DNA of 64,000 nucleotides from positions 12,575-76,574 of the forward strand of contig JAPKZQ010000030.1 of assembly GCA_026393675.1 (NCBI GenBank), read 5' to 3'. This document shows, in pieces, positions 1-7,917 of the stretch (the stretch's first letter is position 1; each line of letters begins with the position of its first letter). The notes beneath the pieces are model-generated. The model worked only from the letters and a program-made list of their open reading frames with translations. It did no database searches and was not told the origin of the DNA. The position numbers were made by a program, and so were the translations under genes. Source of the stretch: Acidobacteriota bacterium (lineage in GTDB: Bacteria > Acidobacteriota > Vicinamibacteria > Vicinamibacterales > JAKQTR01).

Positions 1-1
1 C

Positions 2-487
2 GTGCGCAAGCTTCCCACGATCGCACTTCTCGCGAGCCCCGGGGTCTACCGGATGCGCGTGGCCGCGACCGACGCCTCTGATCGCGGCGGAACCGTCGAT
101 ACCGACGTGACGGTGGCACTGACGCGCGCCGAGCCGCTGCAGCTGGGCTCGCTTATTCTCGGCCTTGCCGAGGCCGGGTCGTTTACCGGGCGGTTGACGT
201 TCACCACCGAGCCGCTCGCTATCGGCTACCTGGAGGTCTACGGCGTTGGCAAGGCCGCGCAGTTGTCGGCCTCCGTGGATGTCGCGGAATCCGAGGACGG
301 GCCGCCATTGGTTCAGGGGTCCACGAAGATCGTGGGCGAGGGCACCGATGACGCCCGTGTGATTCTCGGTGGCGTTCCGATTGGGCCGTTCCCGCCTGGG
401 GACCTCCTGGTTCGCCTGGTCGTCAGCCTCGATGGGAAACCGGTCGGGCGTGCGATTCGTACGTTGCGAAAAGGCGAAGGGCGTTGA
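2..487 (+). CDS. 3' part of an uncharacterised, probably secreted protein. The gene likely begins upstream of the window.
   Basis: The frame is open from the window edge to TGA at 485-487 with GC-rich third codon positions. I see no motif I can name with confidence. It weakly recalls the C-terminal beta-rich regions of acidobacterial VWA-type proteins. Confidence 0.5.
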   Translation: MRKLPTIALLASPGVYRMRVAATDASDRGGTVDTDVTVALTRAEPLQLGSLILGLAEAGSFTGRLTFTTEPLAIGYLEVYGVGKAAQLSASVDVAESEDGPPLVQGSTKIVGEGTDDARVILGGVPIGPFPPGDLLVRLVVSLDGKPVGRAIRTLRKGEGR

Positions 488-1004
488 GCGCAGCCCTGGG
501 ATCGCCGGGCTCCAGCCCGGCATATAGGGTCTCTGGCTGACTTCTCGCTTTTTTCTTGTCACAGTCACCGCATCTGCCGTATGGTAAGCCCATTAATTCT
601 GTTGTTTCATAATTGATTCACCGCCCAAGCCCTCCTAATTCCTCTGATTGGGGGCGAAACGCGCAATTCGGGTTCACGGTGGCGTTCCGGATAACGGGAT
701 CTGGACTCGTGTGCTCGCGGCGCGTTCGGCGGATCCGAACACTTGGATGCGCATGGGGTCCCGTGGATCCGGACGCTTGAATTTGCAACCGGTCCCGCGA
801 TCGTGTTTGTTGATTATCGAAGGATTCTGTCGAGTTCTGGCTGGCATGGCGACTGCACCGGATTGCGGCGGCGTTCAGCCACAGGCTCGTACAATAAGCT
901 CGTTGTCGTCGGACTGAGTCGGACGAGCCGTGTTGTCGGCACGGCGCGTGGGGGTCGAAAAGAACAGTGGTCTTATTCGGCTGCGGGTCCAGGAGGAGGA
1001 TTTC

Positions 1005-4000
1005 ATGAGACGTAGTGTTGCTGTGGTGATGTGGGCCATGGTGCTGGTGGCCATGGTCATGGTGGCCAGTCCACCCGTGTTTGGCCAGAGCGGTTCGAAC
1101 ACGACGACGCTGTCGGGGTTGGTCGTTGACGCTCAGGGCGGTGTGATCCCGGGCGCTGACGTGGTGGGAAAGAACAACGCCACCGGCGCGACCGTCCGTG
1201 GGGTCACGGATGCGGCCGGTCGGTTCGTGCTTCCGCAGGTGCCTCCCGGCACCTACACGGTGACCGTCGCTCTCATGGGGTTCAAGACGGCCGTCGCGCC
1301 TGACGTGCAGGTGGTCTCCGCGACGCCGGCGTCGGTCAAGATGACGCTCCAGGTTGGCGGACTCGAAGAAACGGTTGTCGTGACCGGCGCCACCGAGATC
1401 GTGCAGACTCAGAGCGCGACCGTGTCGACCACCGTCGCGATCAAGCAGATCCAGCAACTGCCGGTCATCTCGCACACCGCGCTCGACTTCCTGGTGAGCC
1501 TGCCGGGCGTCGAGACCACGGCCCTCAACTTCCGCGGGTCGACCATCAACGGCCTGCCGACCAGCGCGATCGACATCACGCTCGACGGCATCAACGTGCA
1601 GGACAAGCGCGGGACCGAGGGGATGTTCATGTACATCCGCCCGATGATGGACTCGGTCGAGGAAGTCACGATTTCGACGTCGAACGCGAATGCCGGGGCC
1701 ACTGGGGCGGGCGGCGCGACCATCAAGATGGAGACCCGGTCGGGCTCGAATCGGTTTACCGCATCGGCGTACAACACCTGGCGGAACCAGGCGGGCACCG
1801 GTGACGCCGACACGCTCACTCGGGCGAAGCATCCCGGCTGGCTCTGGGGCCTCAACACCCCGTACTGGTTCAACATCCGGGATATTCCCAAGACGGCCGC
1901 AGGCGACTACTACATCTCTGACGTCCGGGTGCAGACGCCCGGTTTCCGGCTGGGCGGCCCGATTTTCAAGGACAAGCTGTTCTACTTCTTCAACTACGAA
2001 GTATTCCTGTTGCCCCAGTCCATTCCCCGCACCCGCTATGTCCTGAACACGTCCGCGCAGGCCGGCCTGTTCACCTACCCGGCGGTTGACGGAAGGGGGA
2101 ACGTGACGGTCAACCTGTACACGATCGCGGCGGCCAACGCGCAGACGACGACGCCGGATCCGGCCCTCGCGAAGCTCCTGACCGACATCCGGACGGCCAT
2201 CACCGGGACGGGAGGCATTACCGCCTACGACCAGAACGTGGATAAGTTCGACTACGCTCCCAGTTCCACGCAGTTGCGGAAGTTCCCGACCGTGCGGATG
2301 GACTACAACATCACCAACGCGCACCGGATCTCGTTCACCTACCGGTACAACAAGTTCGACTCCACCCCGGACTTCCTGAACAGCGCCGAACCGCGGTACC
2401 CGGGCTTCCCGAACACGGGCGGCCAGGTCTCCGGCCGCTACATGTGGCAGACCAGCCTGCGGTCGACCCTCGGCAAGAGCATGGTCAACGAATTGCGCGT
2501 GGGCGCGCAGGACGCGACGGGCCTTGGGACCGTCTTCGGAGACGGGGTCAACTCCGGGCAGTTCAACTGCTCGGGCATCGGCTGCCAGGCCTCCGGGGGC
2601 GTGGGCTACAGCTTCGGGTTCCCGTCGACGACGTCGTCCGCTTTTCCGGTGAGCCTCTCGAGCGCCACCGCCTACGGTTCGCTAAGCGCCGGCGTAGCCA
2701 ATCAGAGGTCGATTGAGGACAACTTCACGTGGCTGAGGGGTAAGCACAGCCTGAGTTTCGGCGGGTCGTACGGCGTCACCGCTATGCGGAACTACGGCGA
2801 GACGCCGTTTCAGACGAGTCTGACGTTTGGCACCGGCTCGACCGACACGGTCGCGTACGCCATGCTGGATCCCACCACCACGAACTTCCCCGGCGGCATC
2901 AACTCGACGTACGCCACCTATGCCCGAACACTGTATGGCTTCCTCACGGGCCGCGTTAATGGCATCGCCTCGACGTACTACCTGCAGCCGGACGGCACCT
3001 ACATCGCCAACGGCGTTCGGACAAACGCGACCACCGCGAAGGACCTTGGGCTGTTCGCCAGCGACGCGTGGCGGTTGAAGCCGAACCTCACGCTGACGCT
3101 CGGCGTCCGCTACCAGGTGCAGCTCCCGATGACGACCGACGGCCTGTATTCGCGGCCGCAGACGTGGCAGATGGTCTACGGGGCCACCGGCGCCGGAACG
3201 GGTCTCTACGGTTCGGGCAACCTCTACAAGCCAGGCACGTTGACCGGCACCGCGCCGGTGGTCGTGCCGTATGAAAACAACCGGCCGGCGTACAACACCG
3301 ACTGGAACAACGTCGCGCCGAGCGTCGGGTTTACGTATCGGCCCAACCTCAAGTCGTCGTTCCTGAGCACGATCCTGAGCAACGACCCGGTGTTCCGCGG
3401 CGGGTACGCGATTACGTACACCAGGTTGGGCACGGGATTCTTCGACTCCAACTACTCGGGCAACCCCGGCCGCAGCCGGGCGGGCGCCCGCTCTTCCACG
3501 GCCGGCACCCCGCTGCTCGGCTTCGACGGCTGGCCGGTGCTGCTGCGCGACGGGGCCAAGATGTACCCGTCGGCGGCGCCGGCTCCGCTGACCGGCAATT
3601 GGTCGCTCACGCCGGCCATCAACGAGTCGATCGACATCCACTATCCAAACTGGCCGGTCCCCTCGACCCACCAGTACAGCTTCGGGATCCAGCGCGAACT
3701 CGGCAAGTCGATGGCGCTCGACGTCCGCTACGTCGGCAACATCAACGTGGGCGGCTGGACCACCTGGAATATGAACGGCAGCGCCCAGTGGAGCATGCTC
3801 AAGGGCGAGAACGGGTTCTACGACGAGTTCCGGTTAGCACAGGCCAATCTCCGGGCGAACATCCTCGCGGGCAATGGCAACACGTTCGCCTACACTGGCG
3901 CCGCCGGCACCTCGCCGCTCCCGATCTTCCAGGCCTACTTTGCCGGCACTCCATTGACATCGGCGGCAAACCAGGTTCCGGCCAACTACACCTCGGCGAA

Positions 4001-5063
4001 CTACAAGGCTTCGTCTTGGTACAACTCGCTCAGCATGTACAACCCGAGCCTCACCGGGATTTCAGGCACCGGCACGAGCGGGTTGCAGAACTCGATTACC
4101 ACCGGGACGGGCCTCGATGCCAACCGCATCGCGGCCGGCCTGCCGGTCAACTTCTTTATGGCCAACCCGGCCCTGGCACTGGGGAATTCCTATCTGGAGA
4201 CGACGGCGGGCAACACCAGGTACAACTCGATCCAGGTTGAACTGCGCCGCCGGATGAGCAGCGGGTTCCTCATCACGGGCAACTACACCTACCAGTTCAG
4301 CCGGCAGACCTGGACGCAGCGGTCGCTGCGCGAAGACTGGTTCTACATTCCCAGCGGCGGCGGCGCGGACCACACCCTCAAGGCAAACTGGGTGTACGAG
4401 CTGCCGTTCGGTCGCGGCAAGGCGTTTGGCAGCGGCGCCTCGCGTCTTGTGGATGGCTTCATCGGTGGATGGGAAATTGACGGCGTCGCCCGTATCCAGA
4501 GCGGCCCGAAGTTCAACTTCGGCGGCTACCGCCTGGTCGGCATGACCGACAAGCAGCTCCAGGACATGTTCAAGTTCTACCATGTGATAGATGCGGCGGG
4601 CCTCGAGCGCATCTACATGCTTCCGCAGGACGTGATCGCCAACTCGATCCTGGCGCTCTACACCCAGTCGGCGACCACCGCGACTGGGTACTCTGGAACG
4701 CTCCCAACCGGTGCGTACCTGGCGCCGGCCAGCGGTCCGGACTGCGTGCAGTACTTGGCCGGCCAGTGCCCGGGCACGGCGACCACGCGGCTCATTACCG
4801 GGCCGAAGTTCTGGAAGGTCGACCTCACGTTCGTGAAGCGGATTTCGATGTGGAAGAACCTGCGGCTCGAAGCCCGCATGGATCTCTTCAACGTGTTCAA
4901 CACGATCAACTTCACGCCGACGGGCCCGTCCAGCGTGACCTCCACCACCGGCATGGGCAGCAGCGTGACCTCGTGGCAGGTCGTCTCCGCCGCCAATGAC
5001 TCCAGCAACTCGCAGGATCCGGGCGGCCGGATCACGCAATTCGGATTGCGAATCACCTGGTAG
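1005..5063 (+). CDS. TonB-dependent receptor with an N-terminal carboxypeptidase-regulatory-like domain (1352 aa)
   Basis: ATG at 1005 is preceded by AGGAGGAGGA at 991-1000, whereas the track start at 930 has no RBS. It has a signal peptide (VLVAMVMVASPPVFGQ) and a CarboxypepD_reg-like segment (SGLVVDAQGGVIPGADV...PPGTYTVTVALMGFKT). The body has plug-plus-barrel length and ends in an aromatic residue (GLRITW). Confidence 0.9.
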   Translation: MRRSVAVVMWAMVLVAMVMVASPPVFGQSGSNTTTLSGLVVDAQGGVIPGADVVGKNNATGATVRGVTDAAGRFVLPQVPPGTYTVTVALMGFKTAVAPDVQVVSATPASVKMTLQVGGLEETVVVTGATEIVQTQSATVSTTVAIKQIQQLPVISHTALDFLVSLPGVETTALNFRGSTINGLPTSAIDITLDGINVQDKRGTEGMFMYIRPMMDSVEEVTISTSNANAGATGAGGATIKMETRSGSNRFTASAYNTWRNQAGTGDADTLTRAKHPGWLWGLNTPYWFNIRDIPKTAAGDYYISDVRVQTPGFRLGGPIFKDKLFYFFNYEVFLLPQSIPRTRYVLNTSAQAGLFTYPAVDGRGNVTVNLYTIAAANAQTTTPDPALAKLLTDIRTAITGTGGITAYDQNVDKFDYAPSSTQLRKFPTVRMDYNITNAHRISFTYRYNKFDSTPDFLNSAEPRYPGFPNTGGQVSGRYMWQTSLRSTLGKSMVNELRVGAQDATGLGTVFGDGVNSGQFNCSGIGCQASGGVGYSFGFPSTTSSAFPVSLSSATAYGSLSAGVANQRSIEDNFTWLRGKHSLSFGGSYGVTAMRNYGETPFQTSLTFGTGSTDTVAYAMLDPTTTNFPGGINSTYATYARTLYGFLTGRVNGIASTYYLQPDGTYIANGVRTNATTAKDLGLFASDAWRLKPNLTLTLGVRYQVQLPMTTDGLYSRPQTWQMVYGATGAGTGLYGSGNLYKPGTLTGTAPVVVPYENNRPAYNTDWNNVAPSVGFTYRPNLKSSFLSTILSNDPVFRGGYAITYTRLGTGFFDSNYSGNPGRSRAGARSSTAGTPLLGFDGWPVLLRDGAKMYPSAAPAPLTGNWSLTPAINESIDIHYPNWPVPSTHQYSFGIQRELGKSMALDVRYVGNINVGGWTTWNMNGSAQWSMLKGENGFYDEFRLAQANLRANILAGNGNTFAYTGAAGTSPLPIFQAYFAGTPLTSAANQVPANYTSANYKASSWYNSLSMYNPSLTGISGTGTSGLQNSITTGTGLDANRIAAGLPVNFFMANPALALGNSYLETTAGNTRYNSIQVELRRRMSSGFLITGNYTYQFSRQTWTQRSLREDWFYIPSGGGADHTLKANWVYELPFGRGKAFGSGASRLVDGFIGGWEIDGVARIQSGPKFNFGGYRLVGMTDKQLQDMFKFYHVIDAAGLERIYMLPQDVIANSILALYTQSATTATGYSGTLPTGAYLAPASGPDCVQYLAGQCPGTATTRLITGPKFWKVDLTFVKRISMWKNLRLEARMDLFNVFNTINFTPTGPSSVTSTTGMGSSVTSWQVVSAANDSSNSQDPGGRITQFGLRITW

Positions 5064-5120
5064 CCGCAGCGGTGTAGCGGGCATCGGCGCCCGCAGGGCC
5101 AAACCGCCTGCTTTCGAGGA

Positions 5121-5156
5121 CCCGGCCGGGATGACTCCCGGCCGGGTCTTTTTTTT
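5121..5156 (+). terminator. Rho-independent terminator of the TonB-dependent receptor gene
   Basis: The stem is cccggccggg (5121-5130) paired with cccggccggg (5137-5146), with a 6-nt loop atgact. A T-run tctttttttt follows at 5147-5156, about 60 nt after the stop codon. Confidence 0.85.
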
Positions 5157-5457
5157 CGTCCGGCTGCTTGGTCTCGCTCCCGACAGCGTCTTGCCATAAG
5201 GCAGGCGAGTCTTACGAGGTTCGTGTAGAATCTACCCTTCTTCCTTCTCAGGGCCCTTCTTGTTCCCCTCATCACAATGCCGGGCATGGATTCGTGACGC
5301 TCTCCAAGATCTGGTGTAACGCCTTTGATTGTGCGCACATGCGCGGACACGGGTAATCTCCACTGCACACCTGAGCCACCGCCTGGGCGGCTGACGCACA
5401 CGGCAATAACTCTCATTCCATCAACCACTTAGCCAAACAGGGTGCCACCCCGTTGGC

Positions 5458-7425
5458 ATGGCCCTTCCCTTGCAACATGGTCTACAAGATATGAAGGGAT
5501 GCACTTACGCCATGACTGATCCTGTCGGAGCCCCCGCGGGCAATCGCCTCCAGGTTGATGCCGAGTTGTTCCGCACGCTCGTTGAGACCATGACGGACGC
5601 CATCGCGGTGCTGAGCCCTGATGGCATCGTCCAGTACAGCAGCCCGGCGAGCGAGCGGCTCAGTGGTTTTCCACAGTCCGAACGCATCGGACGTCACGTG
5701 CTGGTGCACGTGCACCCAGACGATGTACCGCGGCTGGCGGAACTGATCGCGCGAGCGCGCCGTGAACGTCTCCCATTCGAACGGGTCGAATACCGGCTCC
5801 GGCATACGGACGGGTCGTGGCGATACATCGAAAGTCAGGGCCGCAGCATGCGGCCGGCCGACCCGGATGCCTTCTGGGTGGTGGTCTCGCACGATGTCAC
5901 GCACCGGCATGTGGCCATGCAGGCATTGCGCGAATCCGAGCAGCGTTTCGAATCGCTGGTGCAGCACGCCGCATTCGGCATCTACCACACCACGAAGGAC
6001 GGGCGGTTCCTCGACGCCAATCCCGCACTGGTCCGCATCCTCGGGTACGAGTCGCTCGACGAAGTGCTGACGCTGAACATCACCACCGATGTCTGGTTGG
6101 ACTCGTCTCAGCGTGAAGGGTTATTGCCAGATCCGTCCGGCGCCACGAAGGAGGTGGAGGTGCAGTGGAAGCGGAAGGATGGCTCGCCGATCACCGTCCG
6201 GCTGCGCGGCCGCGCCATCGGCGGGGATCCGGTGGTGTACGAGACGTTTGCCGAAGACGTCACCCAGCATCGCATTCTCGAGGAACAGTTCCGGCAATCG
6301 CAGAAGATGGAGGCCATCGGTCGACTGGCCGGCGGCATCGCGCACGACTTCAATAACCTGCTCAGCTCCATCCTCGGATATGCCGAGCTGTTGACCGAGC
6401 AGATCCCGGTCGGCGACCCGCGGCTCGACGATGTGAAGGAAATCCGGAAGGCGGGCGAACGCGCCGCGGCGTTGACGCGCCAGTTGCTGGCCTACAGCCG
6501 GAAGCAGGTGCTGCAACCGCGCCAGATCGATCTGAATCACGTGTTGACCGGTCTCGACGGCTTGCTGCGCAGCACAGCAGGACGCGACGTCGACGTGCAG
6601 ATCCACCTGGAGGACGGGCTCCCGAAAATCACGGCCGACCCATCGCAGATCGAACAGGTCATCACCGACCTGGTCGTCAACGCCCGCGACGCGATGCCGG
6701 ACGGCGGGAAGCTTGAGATTGAAACGGCCACGGGCGTACTGGACGCCTCTTCGGCCAGCCGCCGGCCCGTCGTCGTGCCGGGACAGTATGTGATGCTCGT
6801 TGTGAGCGACACGGGCAAGGGCATGGATGCCGACACGAAGGCCAAGCTGTTTGAGCCCTTCTTCACGGCGAAGGATCGGGGACGAGGCAGGGGGCTCGGA
6901 CTCGCGACGGTGTACGGAATCATCAAGCAGAGCGGGGGGTACATCTGGGCCTACAGCCAGCCTGGCATGGGCACCACGTTCAAGATCTTTCTGCCGGCCG
7001 CGACGTCGACGGGGATCGTGGTGCCGGCGAGCACGGCGCCAGTTCCACAGGACGGGAGCGAGACTATTCTGCTCGTGGAAGACGACGAACCGGTGCGCGA
7101 ACTGGCTGGCCGGGTGCTCCGCAGATTCGGCTACCAGGTGCTGATGGCCGGCAACGCCGCGGAAGCGGAAAAGGTCTTCGAACGCCACGCGGATCAGATT
7201 CAACTGCTTCTGACCGATATCATCATGCCGCAGACGAGCGGGCTGGAGCTGGCGGGCCGTCTCAAGGCCCTCAAGCCCGGCCTCCACGTCGTCTACATGT
7301 CGGGCTTCACCGAGGACGCGTTTGCCAATCGAGGTCCGTTCGATCCCAAGGTGACACTCATCAACAAACCATTCACGCCGGAGCTGCTGGCGACCAGGAT
7401 TCGCCAGGCACTGGATCGGGGATGA
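5458..7425 (+). CDS. PAS-domain hybrid sensor histidine kinase/response regulator
   Basis: It contains PAS-like repeats, an H-box (GGIAHDFNNLL), an HATPase region (SDTGKGMD, GLGLATVYG) and a C-terminal receiver (ILLVEDDEPVR...LLLTDIIMP...MSGF). The start is ambiguous: 5458, 5491 or 5512, the last with gaaggga 12 nt upstream. Confidence 0.85.
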   Translation: MALPLQHGLQDMKGCTYAMTDPVGAPAGNRLQVDAELFRTLVETMTDAIAVLSPDGIVQYSSPASERLSGFPQSERIGRHVLVHVHPDDVPRLAELIARARRERLPFERVEYRLRHTDGSWRYIESQGRSMRPADPDAFWVVVSHDVTHRHVAMQALRESEQRFESLVQHAAFGIYHTTKDGRFLDANPALVRILGYESLDEVLTLNITTDVWLDSSQREGLLPDPSGATKEVEVQWKRKDGSPITVRLRGRAIGGDPVVYETFAEDVTQHRILEEQFRQSQKMEAIGRLAGGIAHDFNNLLSSILGYAELLTEQIPVGDPRLDDVKEIRKAGERAAALTRQLLAYSRKQVLQPRQIDLNHVLTGLDGLLRSTAGRDVDVQIHLEDGLPKITADPSQIEQVITDLVVNARDAMPDGGKLEIETATGVLDASSASRRPVVVPGQYVMLVVSDTGKGMDADTKAKLFEPFFTAKDRGRGRGLGLATVYGIIKQSGGYIWAYSQPGMGTTFKIFLPAATSTGIVVPASTAPVPQDGSETILLVEDDEPVRELAGRVLRRFGYQVLMAGNAAEAEKVFERHADQIQLLLTDIIMPQTSGLELAGRLKALKPGLHVVYMSGFTEDAFANRGPFDPKVTLINKPFTPELLATRIRQALDRG

Positions 7426-7520
7426 TCAGCGACAATTTGATCTGCACACCCGGCAAGAAACATCCGACGCCGAACAGGGCCTGATGCCGAGCGCGGCACA
7501 ATCTCGCATCGTGGATGTTC

Positions 7521-7550
7521 TTGTCGGCAAGCGCGCGCGTTCTGTATAAT
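7521..7550 (+). promoter_or_regulatory. Sigma-70-like promoter candidate for tRNA-Lys
   Basis: TTGTCG (7521-7526), an 18-nt spacer and a perfect TATAAT (7545-7550), about 68 nt upstream of the tRNA 5' end. Confidence 0.4.
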
Positions 7551-7617
7551 AACAAGTCCCGGTCGTTGAGACCGGGGCCGCCGACACGACCTGCGGTCGG
7601 CGATGACACTTCAGAGT

Positions 7618-7693
7618 GGGCCGCTAGCTCAATTGGCAGAGCAGCAGACTCTTAATCTGCGGGTTGAAGGTTCGATTCCTTCGCGGCTCACCA
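7618..7693 (+). tRNA. tRNA-Lys, anticodon CUU, with encoded CCA
   Basis: I folded a 76-nt cloverleaf by hand. Acceptor GGGCCGC/GCGGCTC (one G-U), D arm GCTC-AATTGGCA-GAGC, anticodon arm GCAGA-CTCTTAA-TCTGC (anticodon CTT), 5-nt variable loop, T arm GAAGG-TTCGATT-CCTTC, discriminator A plus CCA. Confidence 0.93.
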
Positions 7694-7850
7694 GCCTTCG
7701 CTCGGCTTCGGATTCCATCACACTCCTCGCCGAGCTTCGGCTGGCTTCGCCAGCTCGTCCACTTCCACATCGACAGTGACGAACACAGGCGAAGGCTGCG
7801 CGCCGAAGCGACGGGAGGACTGGCTCAAGCCGGACCGTCGCGAAGGCGGA
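7690..7850. repeat. Dispersed structured intergenic repeat, copy A, directly abutting the tRNA-Lys 3' end
   Basis: It aligns with 14985-15153. The first 64 nt show about 12 mismatches, followed by shared blocks cgaaggctgcgcgccgaagcg and gaccgNcgcgaaggcgg. It contains conserved inverted repeats; see findings. Confidence 0.75.
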
Positions 7851-7917
7851 CCTCACCCACCGCCGTTCCATCCACCGATCGCCTACGCGCTAGAGGGGGC
7901 GTCCCGGCCCGCGTCTG

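Noticed and set aside
618-2324. A 568-aa ORF on the minus strand. Similar long antisense ORFs occur at 2682-3671, 4062-5102, 6121-7287, 8743-10323, 21583-22341, 25608-26321, 26836-27573, 29785-30888, 33282-34172, 39915-41156, 43859-45442, 45774-46658, 46947-47903, 48371-49534, 49935-50897, 51072-52928, 55740-57152, 59968-60813 and 60921-61811.
   Set aside because: They are Arg/Pro/Gly/His-rich, lack recognisable motifs, and lie exactly antisense or out of frame to ORFs with clear domain signatures. This is the typical behaviour of shadow ORFs in GC-rich DNA.
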